Positions 1 to 7,900 of a stretch of DNA of 11,861 nt are shown one piece after another; within the stretch, counting starts at the first letter, position 1, and every line of letters begins with the position of its first letter. This DNA comes from Verrucomicrobiota bacterium (lineage in GTDB: Bacteria > Verrucomicrobiota > Verrucomicrobiia > Limisphaerales > SXQI01). Position numbers and translations under genes: made by a program. The stretch lies in contig JANRLX010000032.1 in NCBI GenBank assembly GCA_033762115.1, forward strand, positions 1-11,861. Reading direction: 5' to 3'. The notes under the pieces are model-generated. The model was not told the DNA's origin, did no database searches, and saw only the letters and a list, made by a program, of their open reading frames with translations.

Positions 1-240
1 CAACGTTGAAATCAGGCCAAGTTTCACCCGCCCCAGCCGGATGCCTGCCAGTCCCAGCCCACACAGATAATCAATCGCGGTGGAGGTCAGCAACAGTGCG
101 CAGTAACGAAGGTCCCACCACGCGTAAAAATAGTAACTGGCAAAAAGAAGAAGATAAATCCTTCCACGTTGCGACAGTCCCCAATACGCGATCACCACCG
201 CAATCAAAAATGCGGCATATTGCCAGGAAACAAAGGACAC
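1..240 (-). CDS. MBOAT family O-acyltransferase (AlgI/DltB/PatA-like), N-terminal 80 aa; gene continues off the left edge
   Basis: Not in the ORF track. Hand translation from GTG at 240 is open to base 1: MSFVSWQYAAFLIAVVIAYWGLSQRGRIYLLLFASYYFYAWWDLRYCALLLTSTAIDYLCGLGLAGIRLGRVKLGLISTL. This matches the AlgI-type N-terminal pattern MxFxSxxF/Y...YW...LLxASYxFYxxW...LLxxSTxxDYxxG. Confidence 0.88.
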   Translation of the reverse strand, partial: MSFVSWQYAAFLIAVVIAYWGLSQRGRIYLLLFASYYFYAWWDLRYCALLLTSTAIDYLCGLGLAGIRLGRVKLGLISTL

Positions 241-257
241 GCCAGATCAGGCAACCA

Positions 258-286
258 AGCGTAAAAGAGGATCCATTGGGTGACAA
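258..286 (-). promoter_or_regulatory. Sigma70-type promoter for the MBOAT gene
   Basis: Minus strand reads TTGTCA (286-281), a 17-nt spacer, then TACGCT (263-258), 17 nt upstream of the GTG start. Confidence 0.6.
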
Positions 287-313
287 CCGCAAACAGCGCG
301 GGCAAGCGCTGCC

Positions 314-1144
314 TTAAAAGAAAGGATTGTTTCCCTTTTCTTCTCCCACCGTCGTTAATGGCCCATGCCCCGGACAAAGAAGCGTGCTCTCAGGCAGGGT
401 GAATATCTGTTCCCGCACTTTTTGCTTGAGCAGGTCCGCCGATTGAAACCCGCGTCCCATTGATCCGGCGAAAATACAATCCCCAATGATGGCCACATTC
501 GGGGCATCCTCGGGAAAATTCCCAATAATATAGGTCACACCATCTTCAGCATGTCCCGGTGTTTCCCGGTTGGTTATCCTCAGGCTTCCCAGATGAATGA
601 AATCATTGGGTCGGTTCCGCTGGTCTGGAGGAGCATGCCGGGAATTGGAATGAAGACGAACTTTTGGATGTTTTTCCCGCACCGCAGCCAATCCCGCAAT
701 GTGGTCCTCATGGCTATGGGTCAGAAAAAAATGCTTCAGCTGCACCTGCTCCTTTTCGATCAAATCGAGCGCCTTCCCTGCGCTCCATCCAGTATCGAAC
801 AGAGCCGCCTCTTTCGTGACCTCATCCCAAACCAGGTAACAATGGACGTCATAGCCGCCATCATTGGTCGTGATCACGCGCAACTCACGCCATTGCGACA
901 GATCAACTGGCTTGGGCACCCAGCCCCCGGCAATTCCTGAAAGCTTTTTTCCATTCAACCCAAGAACTTTTCCCAGTTCTTCCCACTTAATCCCGGGAAC
1001 TGCCTTGCCGCTTTCCTCAATACGGCTCAAATCCTCCAGGCTGATCCCGGCGGCTTTGGCCACCGCATCGCGGCTGGATCCCGCAGCTTCGGTCGCTTTT
1101 TTAATAATGTCCCCGAGATGATCTTCCAAACTAATGGCTGGCAT
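314..1144 (-). CDS. MBL-fold metallo-hydrolase (glyoxalase II-like) with an N-terminal XRE-type helix-turn-helix domain
   Basis: Metal-binding motifs FDTG, THSHEDH (HxHxDH), PGH, GDCIF and PGHG, with a typical EKxxNPF C-terminus. The first ~70 aa (LGDIIKKATEAAGSSRDAVAKAAGISLEDLSRIE...LGKVLGL) follow the Cro/CI HTH pattern. Confidence 0.9.
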   Translation of the reverse strand: MPAISLEDHLGDIIKKATEAAGSSRDAVAKAAGISLEDLSRIEESGKAVPGIKWEELGKVLGLNGKKLSGIAGGWVPKPVDLSQWRELRVITTNDGGYDVHCYLVWDEVTKEAALFDTGWSAGKALDLIEKEQVQLKHFFLTHSHEDHIAGLAAVREKHPKVRLHSNSRHAPPDQRNRPNDFIHLGSLRITNRETPGHAEDGVTYIIGNFPEDAPNVAIIGDCIFAGSMGRGFQSADLLKQKVREQIFTLPESTLLCPGHGPLTTVGEEKGNNPFF

Positions 1145-1150
1145 CTCTCA

Positions 1151-1179
1151 ACCGTAGGTAAGTGAGAGCCAAAATCCAG
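1151..1179 (-). promoter_or_regulatory. Possible leaderless sigma70 promoter for the HTH-MBL gene
   Basis: Minus strand reads CTGGAT-N17-TACGGT-N6-ATG. The TAnnnT box lies 6 nt from the start codon and there is no clear Shine-Dalgarno. The -35 match is weak. Confidence 0.35.
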
Positions 1180-1193
1180 CCTGTTGTGAAAAT

Positions 1194-1772
1194 TTACTCT
1201 GCGGAGAAGTTTCGACTCCGTTCAAGTACACGGCCCAATTCTTCAATTTTAAGAGGCTTGGAAATGTAATCATTCATTCCGGCAGCGAGGCATTTCTCCC
1301 GGTCACCCTTCATGGCGTTGGCTGTCAGGGCGCTGATAAAAACATTGGAAATTGCACTGTTGCTCTCGCGAATGGCTGCAGTGGCTTCGTACCCATCCAT
1401 TTCAGGCATGTGACAATCCATCAGGATGCAATCATATCTTGATTGCCGAACGAGTTCCAACGCTTCGCGCCCGTTGGAAGCGACATCAACCTCACAATTA
1501 AATTTTTTAAGATAAAGCAGAACAATCCGCTGGTTTGTGGGATTATCTTCAGCAACAAGCACACGAAGCCGCTCTTTCCCCTCCAGGCGAGTTGCAGCCT
1601 GATCCGGCGAGGAAAACGGAACGGATTCAACTTCAACCGGTTGAGGAAGTTCCACCTTTTCGAACGCTGACTGGCTGCCAACGGAATCCGGATCACAGGA
1701 AATTTCGTTGCCTCTGTAGGCTGCGCGAAATTTCTCATGAAAAGAAATAATCTGATTGTTGCTGTTGACCAT
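1194..1772 (-). CDS. Stand-alone response regulator (receiver domain of hybrid-kinase type) with a ~65-aa N-terminal extension
   Basis: Receiver motifs VLVAEDN..NQ, ILMDCHMPEMDG (phosphoacceptor Asp) and ALTANAMKGDREKCLAAGMNDYISKP. No output domain. Confidence 0.9.
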   Translation of the reverse strand: MVNSNNQIISFHEKFRAAYRGNEISCDPDSVGSQSAFEKVELPQPVEVESVPFSSPDQAATRLEGKERLRVLVAEDNPTNQRIVLLYLKKFNCEVDVASNGREALELVRQSRYDCILMDCHMPEMDGYEATAAIRESNSAISNVFISALTANAMKGDREKCLAAGMNDYISKPLKIEELGRVLERSRNFSAE

Positions 1773-1794
1773 GACTAAACTCGTTGTTGCTAAA

Positions 1795-1822
1795 CTATCG
1801 GCTTTCGAGAGGGCAAGCTTGA
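1795..1822 (-). promoter_or_regulatory. Sigma28 (FliA/SigD/WhiG-type) promoter upstream of the receiver gene
   Basis: Minus strand reads TCAA (1822-1819), N16, GCCGATAG (1802-1795), ending 22 nt before the ATG at 1772. Close to the consensus TAAA/TCAAG-N15/16-GCCGATAA. Confidence 0.7.
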
Positions 1823-1847
1823 AGGGTCTTGATCAAAAACTTTGGGG

Positions 1848-2756
1848 TCATTGAATCCGATCATTCTTTTTCATTCCGTTCCAGGCTGCCCCGATCGCCC
1901 CTGCATATTCCCCCAGTTGAGCAGGCACAATCCGGGCCCGATGCCCTCCTGGACTCCATTCGATTTTGGCAAGTTCAACAGATAACGGCCCGAATAACGC
2001 CTCTCCTGCGCGTGCAATGCCGCCCCCGATGATAACCAATTCCGGATCAAGCACATTGATCAGGGAGCAGATTCCACACGCCAGCGCATGGATCGATTCA
2101 TTCCAAATGCGGGTGGCATTGGCATCACCGGCCTGATGTCTGGAAATCAGCTCGTGGGTGGTGGAAAAATGTCCGTTGCTTCGCTGTTCGATGGTGCAGT
2201 TCCCAATTGCATTTTCGAGGCTGCCTGGTGTGCCTGTGACATCCGGGGTTCCATGAACATCCAGGCAAATATGCCCCAGATGGCCCGCCCGGCCGATATG
2301 TCCTTGCAGGAGAAGGCCATCCACAATTGCAGCGCCTCCCACCCCGGTTCCGAGAGTAAGCATGAAAACGTTTCTTGATCCTCGGGCGGCACCGATCCAG
2401 TTCTCCCCGAGCAGGGCGGAATGAGCATCGTTCAGAACAGGAACAGATGAATTGCTTTTCAACGCATCCCGAAATTTCAGCCCTTCCAACCCCTGCAACC
2501 GTCCTGGCATAAATGAGATACAGTGGCCGTCAGCGGAAACCAAGCCGGGGGCCGAGATGCCAACGGGACATTCCCGGGATTTTTCCTGATTTAAAAGAAA
2601 TTCATGAACTGAAATGATTTTCCGCAACCAGTCTCCCGAAAGCTCAGAGTCAAACGGTTGATTCAGTTGATCGAGAACCTTCCCTTCAGGGTTGACCCGC
2701 ACCGCTTTGATGCTTGATCCGCCGAGGTCAATTCCAATGCCGTTGCTGCTCGTCAT
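1848..2756 (-). CDS. ROK family sugar kinase (atypical, no Zn-binding Cys motif)
   Basis: Motifs GIDLGGS, GISAPG, NDAHSALLGE, TLGTGVGGA, LDPELVIIGGGIA and AGAIGAA. No N-terminal HTH, so a kinase rather than a repressor. The start overlaps the SDR stop (ATGA at 2756-2753). Confidence 0.92.
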   Translation of the reverse strand: MTSSNGIGIDLGGSSIKAVRVNPEGKVLDQLNQPFDSELSGDWLRKIISVHEFLLNQEKSRECPVGISAPGLVSADGHCISFMPGRLQGLEGLKFRDALKSNSSVPVLNDAHSALLGENWIGAARGSRNVFMLTLGTGVGGAAIVDGLLLQGHIGRAGHLGHICLDVHGTPDVTGTPGSLENAIGNCTIEQRSNGHFSTTHELISRHQAGDANATRIWNESIHALACGICSLINVLDPELVIIGGGIARAGEALFGPLSVELAKIEWSPGGHRARIVPAQLGEYAGAIGAAWNGMKKNDRIQ

Positions 2757-3547
2757 GGAGAAGCGATCTGTCCATCACTATGGGTCCAGCCTCCATCGAC
2801 CGCCAGAACCTGGCCGGTGATGAAGCGGGATTGGTCCGACATAAAGAGCACTGCCGCACCGTCAAGGTCCTCCGCTGCCCCGACCCTTCCCCCATCCAAC
2901 GGCTGCTTGGTTGGGATAAAATGGGAAATAGTGGGATTATTGACCGCACGCTGAGCCATGGGAGTTTCCACCAGCGCGGGGGCTACAACGTTAAAGCGAA
3001 TATTATGGGGGGCATAGAAACTGGCTGAGGCTTTGGTTAATCCAATGATTGCTGCTTTGGCTGCTGCATAGGCGTGAGTGCTGAAATATTTTGGGGAGGG
3101 GGAAAATCCGAGCACTGAACCCATGTTCAATACTGTTCCACCGCCCCCCTGTTGCAAAAATTGCAGGGTGGCAGCGCGATTGGAATAAAAAAGGGAGGTC
3201 AGGTTCAAATCAAGCGTGGCCGTCCAGCCATGATCAGAAATCTCATGGAGGGGGCCATCCCCGAACTTGCGGCCACTGCCCCCGGCCACATGGTACAAAC
3301 CGGTAAATTTCCCAAATGTTTCAACCGCAAGCTGAATCGCCCTGGGCGCGACAAGTGGGTCCATGGCGTCACCGGGCAGGGCCCTGGCTGAGTCTCCCAG
3401 CTGGGATTGAGCGGTGGCGCATGAATTGGGATTCCGTCCAACAACAACGACCCGCGCCCCCCGGGCAATAAATGCGCGGGCTGCGGAAAATCCAAGACCG
3501 GTTGTGCCTCCAATGATGACGATGACTTTGGAATCAAGAGTTCCCAT
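2753..3547 (-). CDS. SDR family NAD(P)-dependent oxidoreductase (264 aa)
   Basis: Rossmann motif IIGGTTGLG, catalytic Ser (NMGSV), YAAAK (YxxxK), NVVAP and FITGQVLAVDGG. I moved the start from the track's 3640 to ATG 3547, 1 nt after the purB stop, which removes the overlap with purB. Confidence 0.92.
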   Translation of the reverse strand: MGTLDSKVIVIIGGTTGLGFSAARAFIARGARVVVVGRNPNSCATAQSQLGDSARALPGDAMDPLVAPRAIQLAVETFGKFTGLYHVAGGSGRKFGDGPLHEISDHGWTATLDLNLTSLFYSNRAATLQFLQQGGGGTVLNMGSVLGFSPSPKYFSTHAYAAAKAAIIGLTKASASFYAPHNIRFNVVAPALVETPMAQRAVNNPTISHFIPTKQPLDGGRVGAAEDLDGAAVLFMSDQSRFITGQVLAVDGGWTHSDGQIASP

Positions 3548-3548
3548 G

Positions 3549-4868
3549 TCATTTCCCGATGCCAAGGTTTTTGAATTTTTTATCGACCTGCTTGAAATGA
3601 AAATCGAGGCTGCACAGTTTATCCAGTTCCTCGCGGCCAAAATATTTCGAGACCTCCGGATCTTTCAGTAATTGCACTTTGAAGTCGGCTTCGGAAGCGC
3701 CAGCATGTTTCGCCTGCCAGGTCTGCATGGCAGAGCGCTGGACAAGTTCATACGCCTGTTCACGGGTAAGCCCTTTTCGGATCAACGCGAGCAAAATGGT
3801 TTGGGAATTCCACATTCCCAATGAGAGCTCCAGATTCCGTTTCATGTTTTCCGGGTAAACGATCAAGCCATCAGTCAATTTTGCCAGGAGCGTGAGCATG
3901 TAATCCAGAAGAGTGCAGGAATCTGGAAAAATGATTCTCTCGACAGAACTGTGGCTGATGTCCCGCTCATGCCAAAGGGCGACATTTTCCAAAGCGGCCA
4001 CCGCATTGCCGCGCAGCACCCGGGCCAACCCGGTCAAGCGCTCACCGGTAATGGGATTGCGTTTGTGCGGCATGGCACTGGAACCTTTCTGTCCTTTGGC
4101 AAAGAACTCCTCTGCTTCCAATACTTCAGTCCGCTGCAAATGCCGAAACTCGGTTGCCCAGCGTTCTATGCTGGCGCCAATGAGCGCAAGGGTGGAGATA
4201 AATTCGGCGTGGATGTCCCGCTGCACGACCTGGGTGGCGATTGGCGCTGGTTTGAGACCCAGTTTTTTGCAAACAAACGCTTCCACACGTGGTGAAAGAT
4301 GCGCACTGGTGCCAACGGCCCCGGAAATTTTTCCAATCGCAACGCGTTCCCGGACCGTTTCAAGGCGCTCCCGGGCGCGTTGGAACTCATCATGCATGAG
4401 CGCCATTTTGAGCCCAAATGTGGTGGGTTCAGCATGAATGCCGTGACTGCGACCGATCATGGGCGTTGCCTTGAATTTGAGGGCTTTTTGCGCAATCACC
4501 TTGAGCAAGGCTTTGACGTCTGCAAGCAGGATATCAGCTGATTGCATCATCTGGACTGCAAAGGCCGTATCCACAATGTCACTGCTGGTCAGCCCAAAAT
4601 GCAGCCAGCGACTGGCAGGATCAGCAATATTTTCAGCAACGTTCGTGGTGAAGGCGATCACGTCATGATTTAATGTGCGTTCCAGTTCCCTGCAGCGTTC
4701 CAAAGTGAACGCGGCGCGTGATTTCATGATCAGGAAATCTTTCTGTGGAACGATCTTTTCCTGAACAAGGGCTTCAGAAGCAAGCAACTCGATCTGAAGC
4801 CAGATTTCGAGCTTCCGCTGTTCACTCCAGATGTCGCGCATTTCGGCGCGCGAATAGCGTTGAATCAT
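3549..4868 (-). CDS. purB: Adenylosuccinate lyase (Bacillus/Thermotoga-type, 439 aa)
   Basis: MIQRYSR N-terminus, HDVIAF, HFGLTSSDIVDT, GRSHGIHAEPTTFG, the lyase signature GSSAMPHKRNP, and LWHERDISHSSVER. Confidence 0.97.
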   Translation of the reverse strand: MIQRYSRAEMRDIWSEQRKLEIWLQIELLASEALVQEKIVPQKDFLIMKSRAAFTLERCRELERTLNHDVIAFTTNVAENIADPASRWLHFGLTSSDIVDTAFAVQMMQSADILLADVKALLKVIAQKALKFKATPMIGRSHGIHAEPTTFGLKMALMHDEFQRARERLETVRERVAIGKISGAVGTSAHLSPRVEAFVCKKLGLKPAPIATQVVQRDIHAEFISTLALIGASIERWATEFRHLQRTEVLEAEEFFAKGQKGSSAMPHKRNPITGERLTGLARVLRGNAVAALENVALWHERDISHSSVERIIFPDSCTLLDYMLTLLAKLTDGLIVYPENMKRNLELSLGMWNSQTILLALIRKGLTREQAYELVQRSAMQTWQAKHAGASEADFKVQLLKDPEVSKYFGREELDKLCSLDFHFKQVDKKFKNLGIGK

Positions 4869-4928
4869 GCAAGAGTGAACTTCAGTGAATGGGTCAGCGT
4901 CAAGAGAAGTGACGCAAGGTGAGTACGC

Positions 4929-4956
4929 AAAAAGGACCGGGCTTTCGCCCGGTCCT
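4929..4956 (-). terminator. Rho-independent terminator of the large secreted-protein gene
   Basis: Minus strand reads AGGACCGGGC-GAAA-GCCCGGTCCT-TTTT: a perfect 10-bp stem, GAAA tetraloop and U-tract, 30 nt after the stop codon at 4987. Confidence 0.9.
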
Positions 4957-4986
4957 GTGAGAATGACTTCAGTGTTTCAGCAGCCC

Positions 4987-7900
4987 TTATGGGGTTGCAG
5001 GACGAGTACGGAAATACACATCTGTATCACCGGTCGTATTGACATTATAGGTAGCTGGAGCAGCGACGGTGCCTGTTGGAGCTCCCGTTACGTCTGCCCA
5101 TGTACCTTCTGTCAGGCTGCTGCGGCTTTGCAACACGCCAGTGTAGCTGATCGTGATGGTATTGCCGGTGCGGCTGATGCCAATAGTCGGAGTTGGCACG
5201 TCATCGATCACAGTGATGCTGAAGTTGCTGAATTTCGCGTCAGCGAGGAATTCAGCGCCAGTATCATTGTGTGAGGTCAGCGCGAGACCGACATAGATCG
5301 AGTTGGTGGTCGCGAAAACGCGACTTGCATACTGGGTCCATGTGGTGCCGTTGGTTCCCCAGAAGGCGCGATAGGTATTGCCTTCGCGGGTGACGCGGAG
5401 CCATGCATTAGGGAATGGTGGAGGCGGGTTGCTGGTCTGCCAGCCAACGGTGTCGCCACCGACAGCAGCACGAACGCCTGCTTCATACACGTTATTTCCC
5501 TGGCCGCTATCAGCAGCGTCATCTGTTGGGCCAACAGGTGTGACATAAGCGGTGAGCGCACGGGCATTGCCAGTGAGAGCATCGACAACTTCGACCTCTT
5601 CAACAGTGCCTGTGGTACCTTCACGAACGGAGATACCGGCCTTGCTCCAGCGATTGACTGATTCGAGATGTTCAATCTGAACAACAGCCTCGAAGTTAGC
5701 ACCCGGTGCAAGCTTCTGACCGAGGAAACGGCCCTGGTCGTTTGGTCCCCAGATGTCAGCACCGCCAGCGAGCAGGATGTAATCATCCTCACCCACGCTG
5801 AAGGCAGCGCCAGCCACGGTAGGAGCCGGATTGCCGAGCACGCTATCGATGTAAGTGTTCGTGTCACGAACAGCGACGACGGAGGTGTTAGCAGCCACGC
5901 TGTTGCCAGCGAGGTCGGTCACACCAGCAACGCCAACGGTCACAGTGCCGGTGCCAGTGATTTCGCTGGACTGGATCAGGACATATTTGCCATCCGCAGT
6001 CAGTTGGACCACGCCATCGACAGGATTGCCGTTGACGGTGTAGTTGGCAGCGGTTTCAGCAGCGGCCAGAGTGAGCTGTTCACTGAATTCCAAAGCAACC
6101 CAGCCGGTGGTGGTGATGCCTGCGCGGACAACTGTCGGAAGGACAGCGTCAGCATTGACAGTCACCCGGAAGATAGGACTCAGATATTCTGTTGTCCCAT
6201 CAGTCACCCGCAGGCGATAGTCGCCAGAATCGGTGGTTGCCAGAGAGGCGATGTTCAATGAACCGGTTGTTGCATCTGGAACTGGAGTTCCGCCTTTGAG
6301 CCATTGCATTGCGGTTCCGCCATTGGCAGCAACGAACGATGTGGAGAGGCTCAATGAGCGTCCCGCGAGATAGGTATTGGTGCTGCCGGTGCTGGTGAAC
6401 ACGACACCAGTGAACGGTTCGATTTCCGGACCGCTGATACCAGGAGTTCCGTTAACCGCGGTGGTCCCGAATGGAGTCCAGGTCACAGCGAAGTTGTCAC
6501 CGCCGCCGCCTTCTTTCCAGAAGCCCTGGGTGAAGTAGCGTTGGCCAGCCTGAAGTGTGATCTTCCCGGAACGTTTTCCTCCAACACCGAGGTTGGACCC
6601 GCCACCAGAACTGGTGTATTCGCGGTAGTTGTCCCAGGCAGTCACACGGGCGATCAGAACTCGGTTGGCAGGATTTTCATCCGTTGAGAGCCAGAGCTCA
6701 GCGTTGTCGTCAGCAGCAATCCAGAATTCGTAGTCGCCGCTAACTTTCGGACGGATGTATCCGAGGACTTCGCCGCCGTAGTTATCGATTCCCTGATCAG
6801 GAGTTTCGTAAGCCGGAATGGCTTCCACGCGGTCAGGAAGGTTATCCTTGTACTTGGCGCTGTTCCGGAGATCATTCACGGAACCACCGTTAACTTCTGT
6901 GAAGATACGGCGGATCAGTTCACCACCGATAACGAACTGATTGGTGTAAGAGAAGTTGACTGCAGGAGTGGAGTCACTTGTGAAACGGAGGATGACAGTT
7001 TGAGTTGAACCGATGGTGAGATCACCAGGAGGATCATAGCTCAACACGGTCACAGCACCGGTTTTGCCGGTGGTAGGAGTCACCGCTGTACCATTGACAA
7101 GCAACTGGAGGCTGCTTTCAATCACTGCCGAGTCCTTGTCACTGATCTGGATGTCAATCGTGGCTGCCTTGGTTGCAACTGCGTTGTTGGCAGGTGAGAA
7201 GCGATCCACCACAGGTCCGTTTGGAGCGGTTGATGTAGCATACGCTTTGATCGCGTTAGGGTTGCTTGGATCATTCACGAGAATCCGTTGACCATTTTTG
7301 ATGGTGTAGAATTCAACGTTTGCTCCACCACCACCTTCATACCAGATGAGGCGAATCGGATAGATGCCAGCAGTTGGGGTCACAATATCAAAGACTGTGC
7401 CAGTGTCCCCGCCACGACCACCTTCAAACGCGCCGAGCGATTGATTGTTACGGTCGTATGGATTGCTGCCGGTATAGAGACGGAAACCGTCATCACTGTT
7501 TACACCAAAGGTGGTCACGCCAGCAGGCAAATCGAGGTAAGCGATAAACTCACCAGCGATGTTATTATTTACTGCCGCTGCATCAGCTCCGGCAGGGATG
7601 CCAGGGATTGCTGCGTCAGGGAAGTTCAGCGTCTCATTGGTGCTGGCACGGAAGACACCCTGATCGACAGGGAGACCAGTGGTTGCGTCCGTATCAGTGT
7701 CCCCTTCCTGAGACATGTTAATGACCTGAACCCGGAAGGTTGTTCCAGTGTCACCAGGAGTCGCATTGTTGGGATAAGGTTCACCGGTGGCTGGATTGAC
7801 CAGATATCCGCGGAGCTGAGCTTCAGCGCGTTCAGTGCTGTTGGCCAGGTCAGGAGTGGTGTCGGCCTGATGGACATTGAATGTAAACCCGCGATTTGCT

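Noticed and set aside
6..317. Track ORFs 6-317 (+) and 71-292 (-)
   Set aside because: They overlap the hand-found MBOAT frame (240 to 1, minus strand), which has clear family motifs and a promoter.
314..1144. Calling the MBL-fold protein an antibiotic-resistance beta-lactamase
   Set aside because: It has no signal peptide, and its motifs are glyoxalase II-like (bridging Asp in GDCIF, PGHG).
3548..3640. 31-aa N-terminal extension of the SDR in the ORF track
   Set aside because: It overlaps the purB 3' end. ATG 3547 gives a normal SDR N-terminus just before the Rossmann motif.
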